Shown here in pieces: positions 7,995 through 19,023 of a DNA stretch of 64,000 nt. Origin of the DNA: a candidate division FCPU426 bacterium (lineage in GTDB: Bacteria > Oederibacteriota > Muellerivitia > Muellerivitales > Muellerivitaceae); the NCBI GenBank assembly GCA_963771075.1, contig CAVYSE010000001.1:121367-185366 (forward strand). The letters run 5' to 3'. The notes beneath the pieces were generated by a model. It was given only the letters and a program-made list of their open reading frames with translations. It ran no database searches and was not told the origin of the DNA. A program made the translations under genes and the position numbers. Numbering within the stretch: the first letter of the stretch is position 1; every line of letters begins with the position of its first letter.

Positions 7995-10862
7995 GTGGCT
8001 TCTAAAAGCGTTTTAACCCTTCGGGAACAGCTCAAAAATCCAATTTATCTTGGGCTCCTGGTCGTCACCCTTTTAGGGGCGGGGTTCCGGTTATACCACC
8101 CGAACTGGAATTTAGACCACTCCATTCATCCCGATGAACGGAACATCCTAAACGCCACGTCCCAACCCCATATTGATAATGGGTTCAGCGTTTCTTTCTT
8201 CGCCTATGGCCAATTGCCGGCTTACCTCTACCGGGCCACGGGTGAGTTGATTTCACCCCCCCTCTTCATGATGAACTTTTTTCATGGAAGCGGCTTTGGG
8301 ATGAGGCTGATTTATTGGATTTTCCTTTTGGCCCTCTTCGGAGGCGTTCTTTGGTCTTTCTCGCGTGAAAAATGGAAGGTTCCGGCCTTCGGAACGTCCG
8401 TCCTGCTGTTTGGCGCCACCCTCACCTTCAAATTCTTCAATATTTTCTGCCTATGGTTCGCTTTCCTGGAGGGCCAAACCTTCCGGTTGAAACTATTCGT
8501 TTTCCAGCCGAACATTCCGATCCTCCCCCTGGTCTGCTTTTTTGTCGTGGCGGTGGTTTCCTTGGTGATTTCCTTCCTCGCGGCCCGGATGCTCGAAATG
8601 GACTGGATCGGACTGCCTTTTTATATCGCGATGGGAATTCTCTTCCTCTTTGGCATCGTCCCGGGCCTATTGCCCGAAGCCTGGCATTGCGCGCAAATCT
8701 TCACCGCCTTCAGCTTCACCCTGGGGCTGCTCGTGCTTTCCGTCTTTTTCGCCTGGCATTACCCCTTGGGAAGGATTTCGCTGGGCCTATTCTCCTTATG
8801 GTCCTTTTTCGCGTCGTTCGACCACGGGTGGGGAGCCTTCACCGATAACGGAACCATGATGGTGATCGGACACGTTTGGGCCGCGATATTTTCCAGCCTG
8901 ACCATCCTGGCGGTCTACGTTTTCGTGGAGCAGGCCTACCGCCACCGCCTGATGGCCCTGGTGGCCGCGGCCAGTTTCGCTTTTTCCGCCGTCAGCATCG
9001 AACAGGCGCATTATTGCATCACCGAATCATTCATTACGCTCATGTTCGTGGTGATTGCCCTATGCGCTTACCGGATCAGCCAAGAAGGAAGCTGGAAGAA
9101 CTACCTTTTGGCGGGGGCCGCTTTCGGCCTGGCCATGGCCGCCAAGACAAGTTCCCTTTATTACGTTTTCATCATTGTGGCCGGGCATTTATTGAACTTG
9201 TCCAAGACTTCGGCGAAGGACTGGGAAAAGGCCGATAAGAAGCTGAAGGAAGATAAGGAACTGTTCAGCGTTTTTGCCGCCGCCTTGCTGGGCCTGACCC
9301 TGGTGGGGTTCATCGGGGTCGGGTGGCAATTGCGGGTCGTCATTCAACAGCTTTTTTCCGCGAGCCCGCAATTGGCGACGGGCCTTTGGATCGTGTTTTT
9401 CCTGTTCCTGCTGGGAGCCGGATTCCTGTTCTCGGGTTGGGGCCTGGCCGAATTCAGGATTTTCAGGGCCCAAGCGCCCCAGTGGATCAAGCTGACCGTC
9501 ACGGGCGGATTATCCTTCCTCCTGTTCTTCCTTTTCTCACCCTGGTCGCTCTTGAATTACACGAAATTCATGGAATCCATGAATTATGAGTGGGACGTGG
9601 TTTCCGCCGCTGGCGCCTGTTATGTCCTCCAGTTCAAGGATACCCCCCGCTACCTTTACCACCTGCAGAACCTCGTGAGCGTGGAGCTTTGGTGGCCGCT
9701 GGGCATTACGGTCGTCCTGGGCATGGTGTGGGTGTTCGGCCGGTTTTTCTTCGGGCTGTTCAAACCCACCTCAAAGAATTATCTCATCCCCATGCCCTTT
9801 ACCCGGGGCAAGGGGTTTTCCCTTTCCCTGGCGGACCTCTTGGTCCTTTCCTGGTTCGTGCCCTATTTCGGCTTCATCGGTTCCTGGAACACCAAATTCA
9901 TCCGTTACATGGTGCCGTTGGTCCCCGCCTTTTGCATTTTCGGGGCGCGGCTCCTGGCGGACCTGTCGGACTGGGCCAAGACTCGGGGCCCCCTCCTGAA
10001 ACGGTGGGCGAGCCCCATCCTATTGGCGGCCGTTTTGGGCCCCAGCCTGTTCTACTCACTGGCCTATATGCACGTTTATACCCATCCCCACCCCTGGTTT
10101 GACGCGTCGGTTTGGATTTCCAAAAACGTGAAGCCGGGCTCGGTGATCGCGACGGATACCTGGGACGACGGCCTTCCCCAGGACCTGAATCCCGACCAGG
10201 ACCCACGCCTGGACAAATCGGTCAATCCCGGAAATTACGGGCACCTGGACGTGGATATCTATTCGCCGATGGGCAATAGCTCCTCGGACGACAACGACAA
10301 CAAGAAGAACTATTACGCCAACAGCCTTCAAAACGCGGACTACATCAGCCTGGCCACCAAGAAGCTTTGGTACACGCTGGTGGACTGCACGCCCCAGTTC
10401 CGGCCTCACGGATACAACGTCTATCCCGTTACCTCCCGGTATTTCCGGTTGCTGTGGTCGGGGCTCCTGGGCTACCGGATGGTGGGGGAATTCCATAACT
10501 TCCCCAGCCTGTTCGGCTGGGAACACCCGGACGACATGGCGGAAGAAACCTTTTCGGTGTACGACCATCCCCGGGTTTATTTGTTCCAAAAGGTCAAGTC
10601 CTTGTCCCGCGAACAGATCCTCGAGCTCTTGAGCACGGATGATTACGTGCGGGACATCAACCGAGATACCATGAGGACGCTCACGCCGGATAATATCGGC
10701 GACTTCATCACCAAGCACGATCAAAAGCTGGAGCAGGAGGGCCTTCTCCAGAAATTGAACTCAATTTCCGCCCCCGTCACGCAGGCGTCCGCGGCCCAAG
10801 CGGAAAGCGCGCCCGCTCCACCCGCTGCGGCGGTCCCGCTCCCCCTGTCAACGCGCCTGTGA
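7995..10862 (+). CDS. GT-C glycosyltransferase (PMT_2/ArnT-like), probably the N-terminal part of a fusion with the next ORF
   Basis: R-L after TM1 followed by HPDERNI (acidic catalytic loop), FAYGQLPAYL, GLAMAAKTS, KFIRYMVP, AEETFSVYDHP, and many TM helices. Confidence 0.8.
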   Translation: MASKSVLTLREQLKNPIYLGLLVVTLLGAGFRLYHPNWNLDHSIHPDERNILNATSQPHIDNGFSVSFFAYGQLPAYLYRATGELISPPLFMMNFFHGSGFGMRLIYWIFLLALFGGVLWSFSREKWKVPAFGTSVLLFGATLTFKFFNIFCLWFAFLEGQTFRLKLFVFQPNIPILPLVCFFVVAVVSLVISFLAARMLEMDWIGLPFYIAMGILFLFGIVPGLLPEAWHCAQIFTAFSFTLGLLVLSVFFAWHYPLGRISLGLFSLWSFFASFDHGWGAFTDNGTMMVIGHVWAAIFSSLTILAVYVFVEQAYRHRLMALVAAASFAFSAVSIEQAHYCITESFITLMFVVIALCAYRISQEGSWKNYLLAGAAFGLAMAAKTSSLYYVFIIVAGHLLNLSKTSAKDWEKADKKLKEDKELFSVFAAALLGLTLVGFIGVGWQLRVVIQQLFSASPQLATGLWIVFFLFLLGAGFLFSGWGLAEFRIFRAQAPQWIKLTVTGGLSFLLFFLFSPWSLLNYTKFMESMNYEWDVVSAAGACYVLQFKDTPRYLYHLQNLVSVELWWPLGITVVLGMVWVFGRFFFGLFKPTSKNYLIPMPFTRGKGFSLSLADLLVLSWFVPYFGFIGSWNTKFIRYMVPLVPAFCIFGARLLADLSDWAKTRGPLLKRWASPILLAAVLGPSLFYSLAYMHVYTHPHPWFDASVWISKNVKPGSVIATDTWDDGLPQDLNPDQDPRLDKSVNPGNYGHLDVDIYSPMGNSSSDDNDNKKNYYANSLQNADYISLATKKLWYTLVDCTPQFRPHGYNVYPVTSRYFRLLWSGLLGYRMVGEFHNFPSLFGWEHPDDMAEETFSVYDHPRVYLFQKVKSLSREQILELLSTDDYVRDINRDTMRTLTPDNIGDFITKHDQKLEQEGLLQKLNSISAPVTQASAAQAESAPAPPAAAVPLPLSTRL

Positions 10863-13800
10863 CCACCATCGTCCCAGCGCCGATCGTGGAGGCGCCCAAC
10901 ACCGTTCCGGGAATCCCGGACGGACAAACGCTCAAAGCCCTGGAAAATTTGGCCGACCATCCGGTGGTGGAAAACAACATCAATTCATTGCCTCCGCAAC
11001 CGGAGGAAACGGCCGGATACCAATGGCGCGCCTGGTTCAGCTGGCTGGCGCTTCTTTTGTTCCTGGGCTGGATCACGATGCCGGTGACGGTCCGGTTGTT
11101 TTCGAACATGCCCTCGGGCGCCTATTCCTTGAGCAAGGTCATTGGGTTCCTCGTCTTTACCTGGATCGTTTGGCTGTCTTGTTCGGAAGTGACGCATTTC
11201 ACCCTGGCGACCTGCTGGATATGGTTGACCCTCTTGACGGGGGGGGCGGCCTATCTTGCCTGGAAAGACCAAAAGAACTTAAAGGCTTTAACCGCGAAAT
11301 GGGGGAGAAGCTGGCTCATCCAGGAGGCCGTTTTCGTTTTGGCCTTCCTGGCTTTCACGGTGGTCAAAATCTATTGCCCCCATATTCATGACCCGTCCGG
11401 GGAGGGTTATAACGGGGGCGGTGAAGCGGGGATGGATTTCGGGTTTTTGGCTTCCATTGTGCGGGGGGAAAGCTTTCCTCCCCGAAATATGTGGATGGCG
11501 GGCCAACCGATAGGGTATCCCTATTATTTCGGGCATTTGATGATGGGCGTATTGACCAAGACCCTCGGGCTGGTTCCGGCGGTCACCTACAACCTGGCCC
11601 TGATCACCCTTTTCGCCCTGGTTTTTTCATGCGCCTTTGGTTTGGCCTATTCGCTTTCGGGAAAACTGTTGGGCGGGTGGTTGGCGGGGTTCCTATGCGC
11701 CGTGGCAAGCAATTTAACGGGTGTCCGGCAATACCTGAGCGCCCTGAACCAATGCCTGATTTCGCATAATTTATCCCCCCTGAGCGGGATCACTTATGAT
11801 TTTTTCGGCCCGTCCCGGGTGATTCCAAACAGCATCAACGAATTCCCCTATTTCAGCGTTCTGTACGGGGATATGCATTCCCATACGCTTTCCATGCCGT
11901 TCGACATGCTGTTCATCGGGATCGTCGCGTCGCTCTTCCTCACGCCGTTACCGAAGCTCTTCACCTGGAAAGGGGAAAAGTTCCTCCTCCTCATGGCGGG
12001 TTTTGTGATGGGAAGCCTCGTTTTCCTCAACACGTGGGACATCCTCACGGCCCTGGCGCTCTTGGGCCTATCCCTCGTGGTGCGAAGCCTGACGGGCCTT
12101 GACCCGAAAGCGGTACGGAAAGGACTCGAAGTCCTTTTGGGAGTGCTCGTGGCCGGCATGACCTTGTTGGGCTGGTTCGTCTATTTCCTTCCGGGAATGG
12201 ACACGCAAGCCCTGGGCGGTTCGACCCTCTGCCTGGTTCTTTTCCTGCTGGCTTGCTTCATCGTCTCCTGGGCCTTGTTGTTCTCCCAGAAGAAAACAAA
12301 AGTCCTATCCAGGCACCTCCTGGAAATCGCCTTGAGCTTGGGGGTTATCCTTGCCGCAGCCTTCCTCTTTTGGGCCCCGAACTTTTTGCATTTCACCCCC
12401 CAACAAAACAAGATCCTTTGGGTGATTCCATCCATCCGGTCGAGCCTCAACAACTTCGTCGGCATCTACGGGTTTTTCCTTTCGATCCTCCTGGTCAGTT
12501 TCGTATTGGCCTTCCCGAAGGAAATACTCAATTGGACGGGAAAAGCCAAAAAGATCAAGGATTACGGGGATTATTTGGCCGACCGAGCGATGACTTTTAT
12601 AGAGGAATTATTCAACCCGGGAGGGGACCCGGTCTTGGGCATGCTTTCCGTGGGAGGCGTTTTATTGGCCTTGTTCTGGGGGGCCTCCTGGGTCCATTGG
12701 TCCGAGCCGAGGACAGGGATGATGCTATCCCTAACGATCGCCACCTTTGCCGCTGGGATTTTTATGGCGGCGGTTTATTTCAGGAATCGCTGGCAATTAT
12801 GGCTCGTCTTGGGGCTGTCCATCGGTTTGTGGAGCGTCCTTTTGATGGTCCACGCCATTCATTTTTACCAAGACTCCTTCATCACGCTGGGATTGGGGCT
12901 TTTCTCGGTTTTGTGGCTCCTGGGCTTTTTCTTCCTGGGCTTGGCGGTCAAGGTTTTCAAGGACCGCCCGCTCTCCTTCTCCTATGTCCTGGTCGCGCTC
13001 CTATTCCTCCTATTGGCCGTACTGGAAGTATTCGCCGTCAGCGAGTTCTTGGGCGGGGAATGGATGAGGAACAACTCGCTGTTCAAGTTCGGCATCCACG
13101 CATGGATCATCGCGTCCGTGGCGACGGGATCCTTTTTCCCGAGGATCCTTGGTTTCGTGGCGGATTGGCTGCGCAATAAGAGGAAAGAAACGCCCGCCTC
13201 AACCCGGGTTTGGGTGGGGGCCGCCGGGGTCCTTCTATTTGTCCTGTTCAAATTGATCCTCACGGGTTTCTCTGAAACGCTCCAAACGCCGTTGGTGTAC
13301 ATCATGAACATCGTATTGATCCTGGGGTTGTCCGCTTGGGGCGTCTTGACCGGCCTATTGGAAAAGACCATCGCGAAAGCCTTCGCCTTTTCCCTAGCGG
13401 CTTTGGGGATTGTTTTTTCCATGTTATCGCTTTTGCCCCAGGGCGATTTCGGCTCCATCTACAACCTCATTCAACATTGGTGTGGCGGCGTCCTGGTGGA
13501 CCTCCTCTTCCCGGTTCTATTGGCCCTCTTGGCGGTTTCCCTCATCGCGTTTCTATGGGAAAAACAAAAGAATGTGGGGGCCCGGATGGCTTTCACGACC
13601 TGGGGCGCTTTAGCCTTGATCCTCGGACTTTCAGTTGCCGTCTATCCATTGGCCGCGTCGGTGAGAAAATGCCACGGCTTTTTGGATGCGACGCGCCAGA
13701 GGTGGGTGGGTTACGCGGAGAACCCCACGTTGAACGGCTTGGAATATATCCGCCGGGAAAATCCGAACGATGACGCGGCGATCCGGTTCCTGAACCGCCA

Positions 13801-14191
13801 GATCCCCGATCAACCTTGTTTGGCCGAGTTCGTCGGTGCCGGGTACAATTCTTGGGGCTCGCGATTTTCCATTTTTACGGGATTGCCCGCCTTGATGGGA
13901 TGGGATTCGCATGTCCATGAATGGGTCGGAAAACAATTGGATAACGACATCTACAACCGGAAAGCGACGGTCGACCAGATATTCAGCACCCCGGACCCGG
14001 TTTTGGCGAAAAGCCTGCTGGATGCCTATGGGGTGAGGCTGGTCATGGTGGGAACGGTGGAACGGAACGGGGCGGGGGGAAAACCGGGATATCCCGAGGC
14101 GGGATTGGATAAATTTTCGGGTATTTTAAGGATGATCTACAAAAACCCCGGGGTCGAGATTTATTACAATCCCCCCCCCGTTCGGAATTAG
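10859..14191 (+). CDS. DUF2298 (Chlor_Arch_YYY) membrane protein, GT-C-like
   Basis: GGEAGMDFGF, PPRNMWMAG..IGYPYYFGH, INEFPYFSVLYGDMHSH, NTWD, RNNSLFKF, TGLPALMGW..H..EW. Confidence 0.8.
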   Translation: MTTIVPAPIVEAPNTVPGIPDGQTLKALENLADHPVVENNINSLPPQPEETAGYQWRAWFSWLALLLFLGWITMPVTVRLFSNMPSGAYSLSKVIGFLVFTWIVWLSCSEVTHFTLATCWIWLTLLTGGAAYLAWKDQKNLKALTAKWGRSWLIQEAVFVLAFLAFTVVKIYCPHIHDPSGEGYNGGGEAGMDFGFLASIVRGESFPPRNMWMAGQPIGYPYYFGHLMMGVLTKTLGLVPAVTYNLALITLFALVFSCAFGLAYSLSGKLLGGWLAGFLCAVASNLTGVRQYLSALNQCLISHNLSPLSGITYDFFGPSRVIPNSINEFPYFSVLYGDMHSHTLSMPFDMLFIGIVASLFLTPLPKLFTWKGEKFLLLMAGFVMGSLVFLNTWDILTALALLGLSLVVRSLTGLDPKAVRKGLEVLLGVLVAGMTLLGWFVYFLPGMDTQALGGSTLCLVLFLLACFIVSWALLFSQKKTKVLSRHLLEIALSLGVILAAAFLFWAPNFLHFTPQQNKILWVIPSIRSSLNNFVGIYGFFLSILLVSFVLAFPKEILNWTGKAKKIKDYGDYLADRAMTFIEELFNPGGDPVLGMLSVGGVLLALFWGASWVHWSEPRTGMMLSLTIATFAAGIFMAAVYFRNRWQLWLVLGLSIGLWSVLLMVHAIHFYQDSFITLGLGLFSVLWLLGFFFLGLAVKVFKDRPLSFSYVLVALLFLLLAVLEVFAVSEFLGGEWMRNNSLFKFGIHAWIIASVATGSFFPRILGFVADWLRNKRKETPASTRVWVGAAGVLLFVLFKLILTGFSETLQTPLVYIMNIVLILGLSAWGVLTGLLEKTIAKAFAFSLAALGIVFSMLSLLPQGDFGSIYNLIQHWCGGVLVDLLFPVLLALLAVSLIAFLWEKQKNVGARMAFTTWGALALILGLSVAVYPLAASVRKCHGFLDATRQRWVGYAENPTLNGLEYIRRENPNDDAAIRFLNRQIPDQPCLAEFVGAGYNSWGSRFSIFTGLPALMGWDSHVHEWVGKQLDNDIYNRKATVDQIFSTPDPVLAKSLLDAYGVRLVMVGTVERNGAGGKPGYPEAGLDKFSGILRMIYKNPGVEIYYNPPPVRN

Positions 14192-14227
14192 GGTTTGACC
14201 GGGACGATCCCAAAGGGAGGCGTTTAA

Positions 14228-16771
14228 ATGGGCGAGTTATTGGGTTGGTGGTTCATGGTCGAGGTGTTGGGGCTATTGGCCCTGCCGATCACCCTCCTCC
14301 TTCTGCGGCACCTGCCGGACAAGGGCTATGCCTTCAGCAAGGTGGTCGCCCTTTTGGTGATCGGCTATTTTTCCTGGATTTACGGTTATGTCGCTTTCGG
14401 AAAGGGAACCGTCTGGCTCGCGGTATTGACCCTGATGGCAATATCCGCCTGGATCGTCCGCGACCAATGGACCTCGATCAAGGAGTATTTGGCGAGGAAC
14501 ATCGGCTTCATCCTGGTGGTGGAAGCGATGTTCTTGATGGCCCTTCTGGTGGCGGGCGCCTATAAAATGCGCACACCGGAAATCGTCGGGACGGAAAAGC
14601 CCATGGATTTCGCCATGATCAACGGGATCCTGGCCTCCCCTTCCATGCCGCCCCAAGACCCCTGGCTGGCGGGGGGGAGCATTTCTTACTACTATTTCGG
14701 TTACCTGATCACGGCCGTCCTGTCCCTCTTGAGCGGCGTGGGATCGGGCGTGGCTTACAATTTGGAAGTGGCCCTGACCTGGGCCCTGGCCGCCACCGGC
14801 GCCTTTTCCATCACCTACGCCTTGACCCGCCGCTACCGCTATTCGCTTTTCTCCCTGTTTTGCCTGGCGGTGTTCGGGAACATGGACTATTGGCTCCGGG
14901 CGGTCCAAAGTTTCACGATCGGGAACTTGAGGGTCCCTTATTACAACCAACCGACCGATCCGGGCGCCGCGACGGGGTTGAGCGGGGCATTGGGGTTCCT
15001 CTTCTCTCCTTTTCAACATGGATGGGATTATTTCCAGGCCTCCCGGATCATTCCCGTTCCCCCGACCGACAAGATGATCAATGAGTTTCCCTCGTTCAGT
15101 TTTTTCCTGTCCGACCTTCATCCCCATGTCATGGCCATCCCCTTCGTGTTGCTGGCGGTGGCAGCCGCCTATTCCCTCATCCGGTCGCCCTTCGGGGGAA
15201 TGCAGGTTTTGGGCGCCCGTCCGGGGGTCCGGGGCATCTATTGGTTTTTACTCATGATTCTTTTCGGCGGGCTTTCCTTCATGAATAGCTGGGATTTTCC
15301 GACCTTGATGCTTTTGCTTGGCATCTGCCTATTCCTTCAACAGGGGTGGGCGCTTGAAAAGGGAACCCCTTTTCTGAAGTGGCTCACGGAAACGGCCAAG
15401 GTCGGTTTGCCGATCGTCGCCGGAAGCTTCCTCTTATACATTCCCTTTTATTTGAAATTCCAATCCCAAGCGAACGGATTGGGCTTAGTCGGGGATCGAA
15501 CGGGCCTCTTTTATTTCGCGATTATTTTCGGTTTATTCCTTTCCGTTTTAATTCCGGCCCTGATCCTTAAGGTTTTCCGCAACGGCAACGCCGATAAACC
15601 GGCTAAATCCAAAAAAACGAAGGGGGAAGAGCCGCTTTGCTCTTTTTGCGGAAGGGAAAATCCGGGTAAAAAATATTGCGGGACCTGTGGAGGGGAAATG
15701 GGGCCGACCGCCGAGGCCGAAGTGCTGGCCCTTCCCGCTTCCGGCTTTCAGCAACCCATTGACCGAGCCATTCGTTTTATGAACGGTTCGAAGGAATCCT
15801 GGGCCCCTTGGGTTTCCGGATTCGGGGTGGCCCTGATCCTGGTTTGTTTGGACATGGGGTCCGTTAAATTAGGTACTCTGCTGGGCAGCCTGCTTTTAGT
15901 TCTGCTGGGTGTCCTGGTCATGATCCGCAAAACGGAAACCCGCGAGACCCTGTTCGTGGCCCTGATGGGCTTATTGGCTTTTCTGCTGGTCTCGGGCTGC
16001 GAGATCCTGTTTATCAAGGATCATTTTTCGGGCAGCGCCCTTTACCGCATGAATACGGTTTTCAAGTTTCATTACCAGGCTTGGCTGTTGCTCAGTTTGG
16101 CGTCCGGCTTTTGGCTCAAGTGGCTGATGGAAAATGTTTGGAGCCAATCCGGGATCCTGTTTAAAAGCGTTTGGGGAGCCATCGCGGGTTTGGCCCTGTT
16201 GGGCGCAGCCCTCTATCCCATCTTGGCCTTTACCGCCCGGATGAACGGTTCCTCGGTCGAGAACGTGACCATGGATGGGGCGGCCTATTATGAGAGGACC
16301 TTTTCCTCCGATTTTCAAATCGCGACCTGGATCAAGAACAACTTAAGGCCGATCCCGAGAAAAGATTCTGGGTCGGGCCTTAAACTTCCCGTTATTTTGG
16401 AAAGCCCCGGCCTGTCCTATCACCAGGATACGGACGCGGTGGCGACTTTGACGGGTTATCCGACGGTCCTGGGGTGGGACTTTCATGAGGCCCAATGGCG
16501 GGGTTCCTGGGATCAAACGGTCATTCGGGGCGAGGAAAAACGGGATGATACGATCCAAAACCGCAAAGGCGATATCGAGGCTATTTATACCTCCCCGGAT
16601 TTGGCCAAAACAAAGGACTTGCTGAACAAGTACAATGTCGATTACGTTTATGTAGGCGACGCGGAAAGGCAGATGTATCCGGCGGGCGCGGCGGTTTTCG
16701 CCAAGTTCGCCCAGTTGGGAACCCCGGTTTATGCGGTGGGGAATTCGGTTTTGTATAAGCTGAATCCATAA
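14228..16771 (+). CDS. DUF2298 (Chlor_Arch_YYY) membrane protein with an internal double CxxC zinc ribbon
   Basis: GTEKPMDFA, PPQDPWLAGGSISYYYFG, INEFPSFSFFLSDLHPH, NSWD, RMNTVFKF, TGYPTVLGW..HEAQWR. GGGAGG RBS. Confidence 0.88.
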   Translation: MGELLGWWFMVEVLGLLALPITLLLLRHLPDKGYAFSKVVALLVIGYFSWIYGYVAFGKGTVWLAVLTLMAISAWIVRDQWTSIKEYLARNIGFILVVEAMFLMALLVAGAYKMRTPEIVGTEKPMDFAMINGILASPSMPPQDPWLAGGSISYYYFGYLITAVLSLLSGVGSGVAYNLEVALTWALAATGAFSITYALTRRYRYSLFSLFCLAVFGNMDYWLRAVQSFTIGNLRVPYYNQPTDPGAATGLSGALGFLFSPFQHGWDYFQASRIIPVPPTDKMINEFPSFSFFLSDLHPHVMAIPFVLLAVAAAYSLIRSPFGGMQVLGARPGVRGIYWFLLMILFGGLSFMNSWDFPTLMLLLGICLFLQQGWALEKGTPFLKWLTETAKVGLPIVAGSFLLYIPFYLKFQSQANGLGLVGDRTGLFYFAIIFGLFLSVLIPALILKVFRNGNADKPAKSKKTKGEEPLCSFCGRENPGKKYCGTCGGEMGPTAEAEVLALPASGFQQPIDRAIRFMNGSKESWAPWVSGFGVALILVCLDMGSVKLGTLLGSLLLVLLGVLVMIRKTETRETLFVALMGLLAFLLVSGCEILFIKDHFSGSALYRMNTVFKFHYQAWLLLSLASGFWLKWLMENVWSQSGILFKSVWGAIAGLALLGAALYPILAFTARMNGSSVENVTMDGAAYYERTFSSDFQIATWIKNNLRPIPRKDSGSGLKLPVILESPGLSYHQDTDAVATLTGYPTVLGWDFHEAQWRGSWDQTVIRGEEKRDDTIQNRKGDIEAIYTSPDLAKTKDLLNKYNVDYVYVGDAERQMYPAGAAVFAKFAQLGTPVYAVGNSVLYKLNP

Positions 16772-16798
16772 TCCAGAAATTGAGCGGAGGAACGGGAC

Positions 16799-17851
16799 AT
16801 GATCAAGATCGGTGAGCGCGTTTTAACAATTAAGGAAATCGTGATGGCCATTCTCTTGGCCTTGGTCCTATTGGCGGCCGTTTGGGCGATGGTGTTCGCC
16901 AAGCCAAAACCGATTATTTCGCACGCGCCCCCGCCGAGTTCGGCCGGCGTGGTCCTGCTCCAAGGCGGGGTTCCGGGTTCCGGACCCGGCCAGTTCGCCT
17001 ATCCCCGGGGCATCGCGGTCAACAGCAAGGGCGAGTTATTCGTCGCGGACAGCAAAAACCACCGGATCCAAAGGTTCTCCGCGAGTAACTGGCAATACGA
17101 GGGGGAGTTCGGCGGTTATGGAAACGCGGGAGGGGGAGATGCGAAAAAATTATCCACGGTCCTGCCCGGAAAATTGAATGAGCCCAATGGAATCGCGATC
17201 GGGGCGGATGACACGATCTATGTCGCCGACACTTGGAACGAGCGGATCCAGGTCTTCAATAAGAATGGAAGCCATCCATTCGCTTTCGCCGCCGAGGACG
17301 GTTTTTGGGGTCCCCGGGAGGTCACGGTCGATTCCAACGGGTTCATCTACGTGTCGGATACGGGAAAACACCGGGTCATCAAATTCGACCCGAAGGGGCA
17401 TAAGATCCGCACCTGGGGCGCGTTGGACCCGAAAACAGGTGCGCCCGTGCCGGGAAACAAGCCGGGCGAATTCGATGAACCGATCGGCTTGGCAGTGGAC
17501 CAAACGGGTAATTTGTACGTCGCGGACCGGTTGAATTTCCGGATACAGGTCTTTGCCCCGGATGGCCAATTCCTGAGACAATGGCCCGTGAAGGGCTGGG
17601 TCAAGGATCAAGTGGATATGGAGCCCCATTTAGCCCTGGATAAGGCGAAGCAAATACTCTACGTCACCGATGGGCGCGGCAAACAGGTCCTTTGCTACCG
17701 CTTGGACGGAACCCCGGTAAGCGTCATCGGCAAGGACGCGGCGGGGAACGACCTGTTCCGTGTGCCCCTGGGGATTGCCGTTTGTAACGACGGCAACGTG
17801 GTGTTGGTGGACGCCGGATCTGGAATGCTATTAAAACTGAAGGGCCAATAA
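16799..17851 (+). CDS. Membrane-anchored NHL-repeat (6-bladed beta-propeller) protein
   Basis: N-terminal TM helix and repeated F..P.GIAV...G.LYVAD..N.RIQ.F blades. Confidence 0.9.
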   Translation: MIKIGERVLTIKEIVMAILLALVLLAAVWAMVFAKPKPIISHAPPPSSAGVVLLQGGVPGSGPGQFAYPRGIAVNSKGELFVADSKNHRIQRFSASNWQYEGEFGGYGNAGGGDAKKLSTVLPGKLNEPNGIAIGADDTIYVADTWNERIQVFNKNGSHPFAFAAEDGFWGPREVTVDSNGFIYVSDTGKHRVIKFDPKGHKIRTWGALDPKTGAPVPGNKPGEFDEPIGLAVDQTGNLYVADRLNFRIQVFAPDGQFLRQWPVKGWVKDQVDMEPHLALDKAKQILYVTDGRGKQVLCYRLDGTPVSVIGKDAAGNDLFRVPLGIAVCNDGNVVLVDAGSGMLLKLKGQ

Positions 17852-17887
17852 GCCTTTATCCGCAGGTTTTTATTCAAGGAGAACACG

Positions 17888-18898
17888 ATGCCTAAAAAGA
17901 CAGTCCCTTCATCCAAAAAACCGAAGGGCCAGCCCAAAAACGGGAACAAAAGAAAATTGAGCAAGGGCTTGGTCGTTTTGTTCGTCATTTTCGGCTTGGC
18001 CTTTTTGGCCGTTTTGCTTTACGTGGCGGTGGATCGGTTGAACCAGGCCCTGACCCTCTCCAAGGTGATCGATGTCACGACGGATTTGGAGGTGGACGGA
18101 TCCGGCCCTAAAACGGACAAGTTCAAGGAAGCCCAGGCCGTGGCGGCTTCCCCCGATGGCGGTTTTTATGTCAGCGATTTTTCGTCGAACAATATCCGCA
18201 AGTTCGACGCAGCAGGGCAGGTCCAATTCACCATTGGTGAACAGGGCAAGGATGACGGACAGTTCGTCCAACCGAGCGGTTTGATCGTCGATCCGCAAGA
18301 AAACCTTTTGGTGTGCGATACCTTCAACCACCGGGTACAGAAATTCGACAAGAATGGAAAGTTCCTGTCCAAGTTCAGCCATGGTTTTTTTGGCCCACGC
18401 GACCTGGTGGAGGTGGGGAACCGCATTTACGTGTGCGACACCGGGAACCATAAAATCCAGGTATTCGACCTGGACGGGCACTTCCTGATGGATTGGGGGG
18501 GGTTCGGCTCTTCGAACGGCCAATTTCAGGAGCCGGTGGGCATTACCGCGGACCCCGCCGGGTTTATTTACGTGGCGGACTCGGATAATAAAAGGATCCA
18601 AAAATTCGATTTAAACGGGCATTTCCTGGGTGCCTTTAAGGTCCTTACGTGGAAGGGCAAGAATGACGAGACCCCCTATTTAGCCTTTTACCAGGGGACG
18701 ATTTTCGCCAGCAACGCCAGCCGCAAGGCGGTCCTGCGGTTCACGACGGAGGGCAAGCTGCTCGCCATTTACCAGCGCAAAGAGGGGTTGGGCGATACGG
18801 CGGGCGTGGCGGTTGACACGGCCGGAAGGGTTTTAGCCGTGGAAAAGGGATTCAACCGGGTGGCCCGGTTCCTTCCGGTGTTGAAAACAGCCAAATAA
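17888..18898 (+). CDS. Membrane-anchored NHL-repeat protein
   Basis: Lys-rich N-tail, TM helix and NHL blades (GQFVQPSGL, CDTFNHRVQKFD, FQEPVGIT). Confidence 0.9.
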   Translation: MPKKTVPSSKKPKGQPKNGNKRKLSKGLVVLFVIFGLAFLAVLLYVAVDRLNQALTLSKVIDVTTDLEVDGSGPKTDKFKEAQAVAASPDGGFYVSDFSSNNIRKFDAAGQVQFTIGEQGKDDGQFVQPSGLIVDPQENLLVCDTFNHRVQKFDKNGKFLSKFSHGFFGPRDLVEVGNRIYVCDTGNHKIQVFDLDGHFLMDWGGFGSSNGQFQEPVGITADPAGFIYVADSDNKRIQKFDLNGHFLGAFKVLTWKGKNDETPYLAFYQGTIFASNASRKAVLRFTTEGKLLAIYQRKEGLGDTAGVAVDTAGRVLAVEKGFNRVARFLPVLKTAK

Positions 18899-19023
18899 CA
18901 CCCCGAAAAATTCATTCGATTTCTTCGAGTGTTATTCATTTCGAGGAAGCACTTCGTCGATCTCGTTGATTAAAACTTCCAATGAAATATCTTCCCCACC
19001 CGGGGGCGACCTTAGGAACCACA

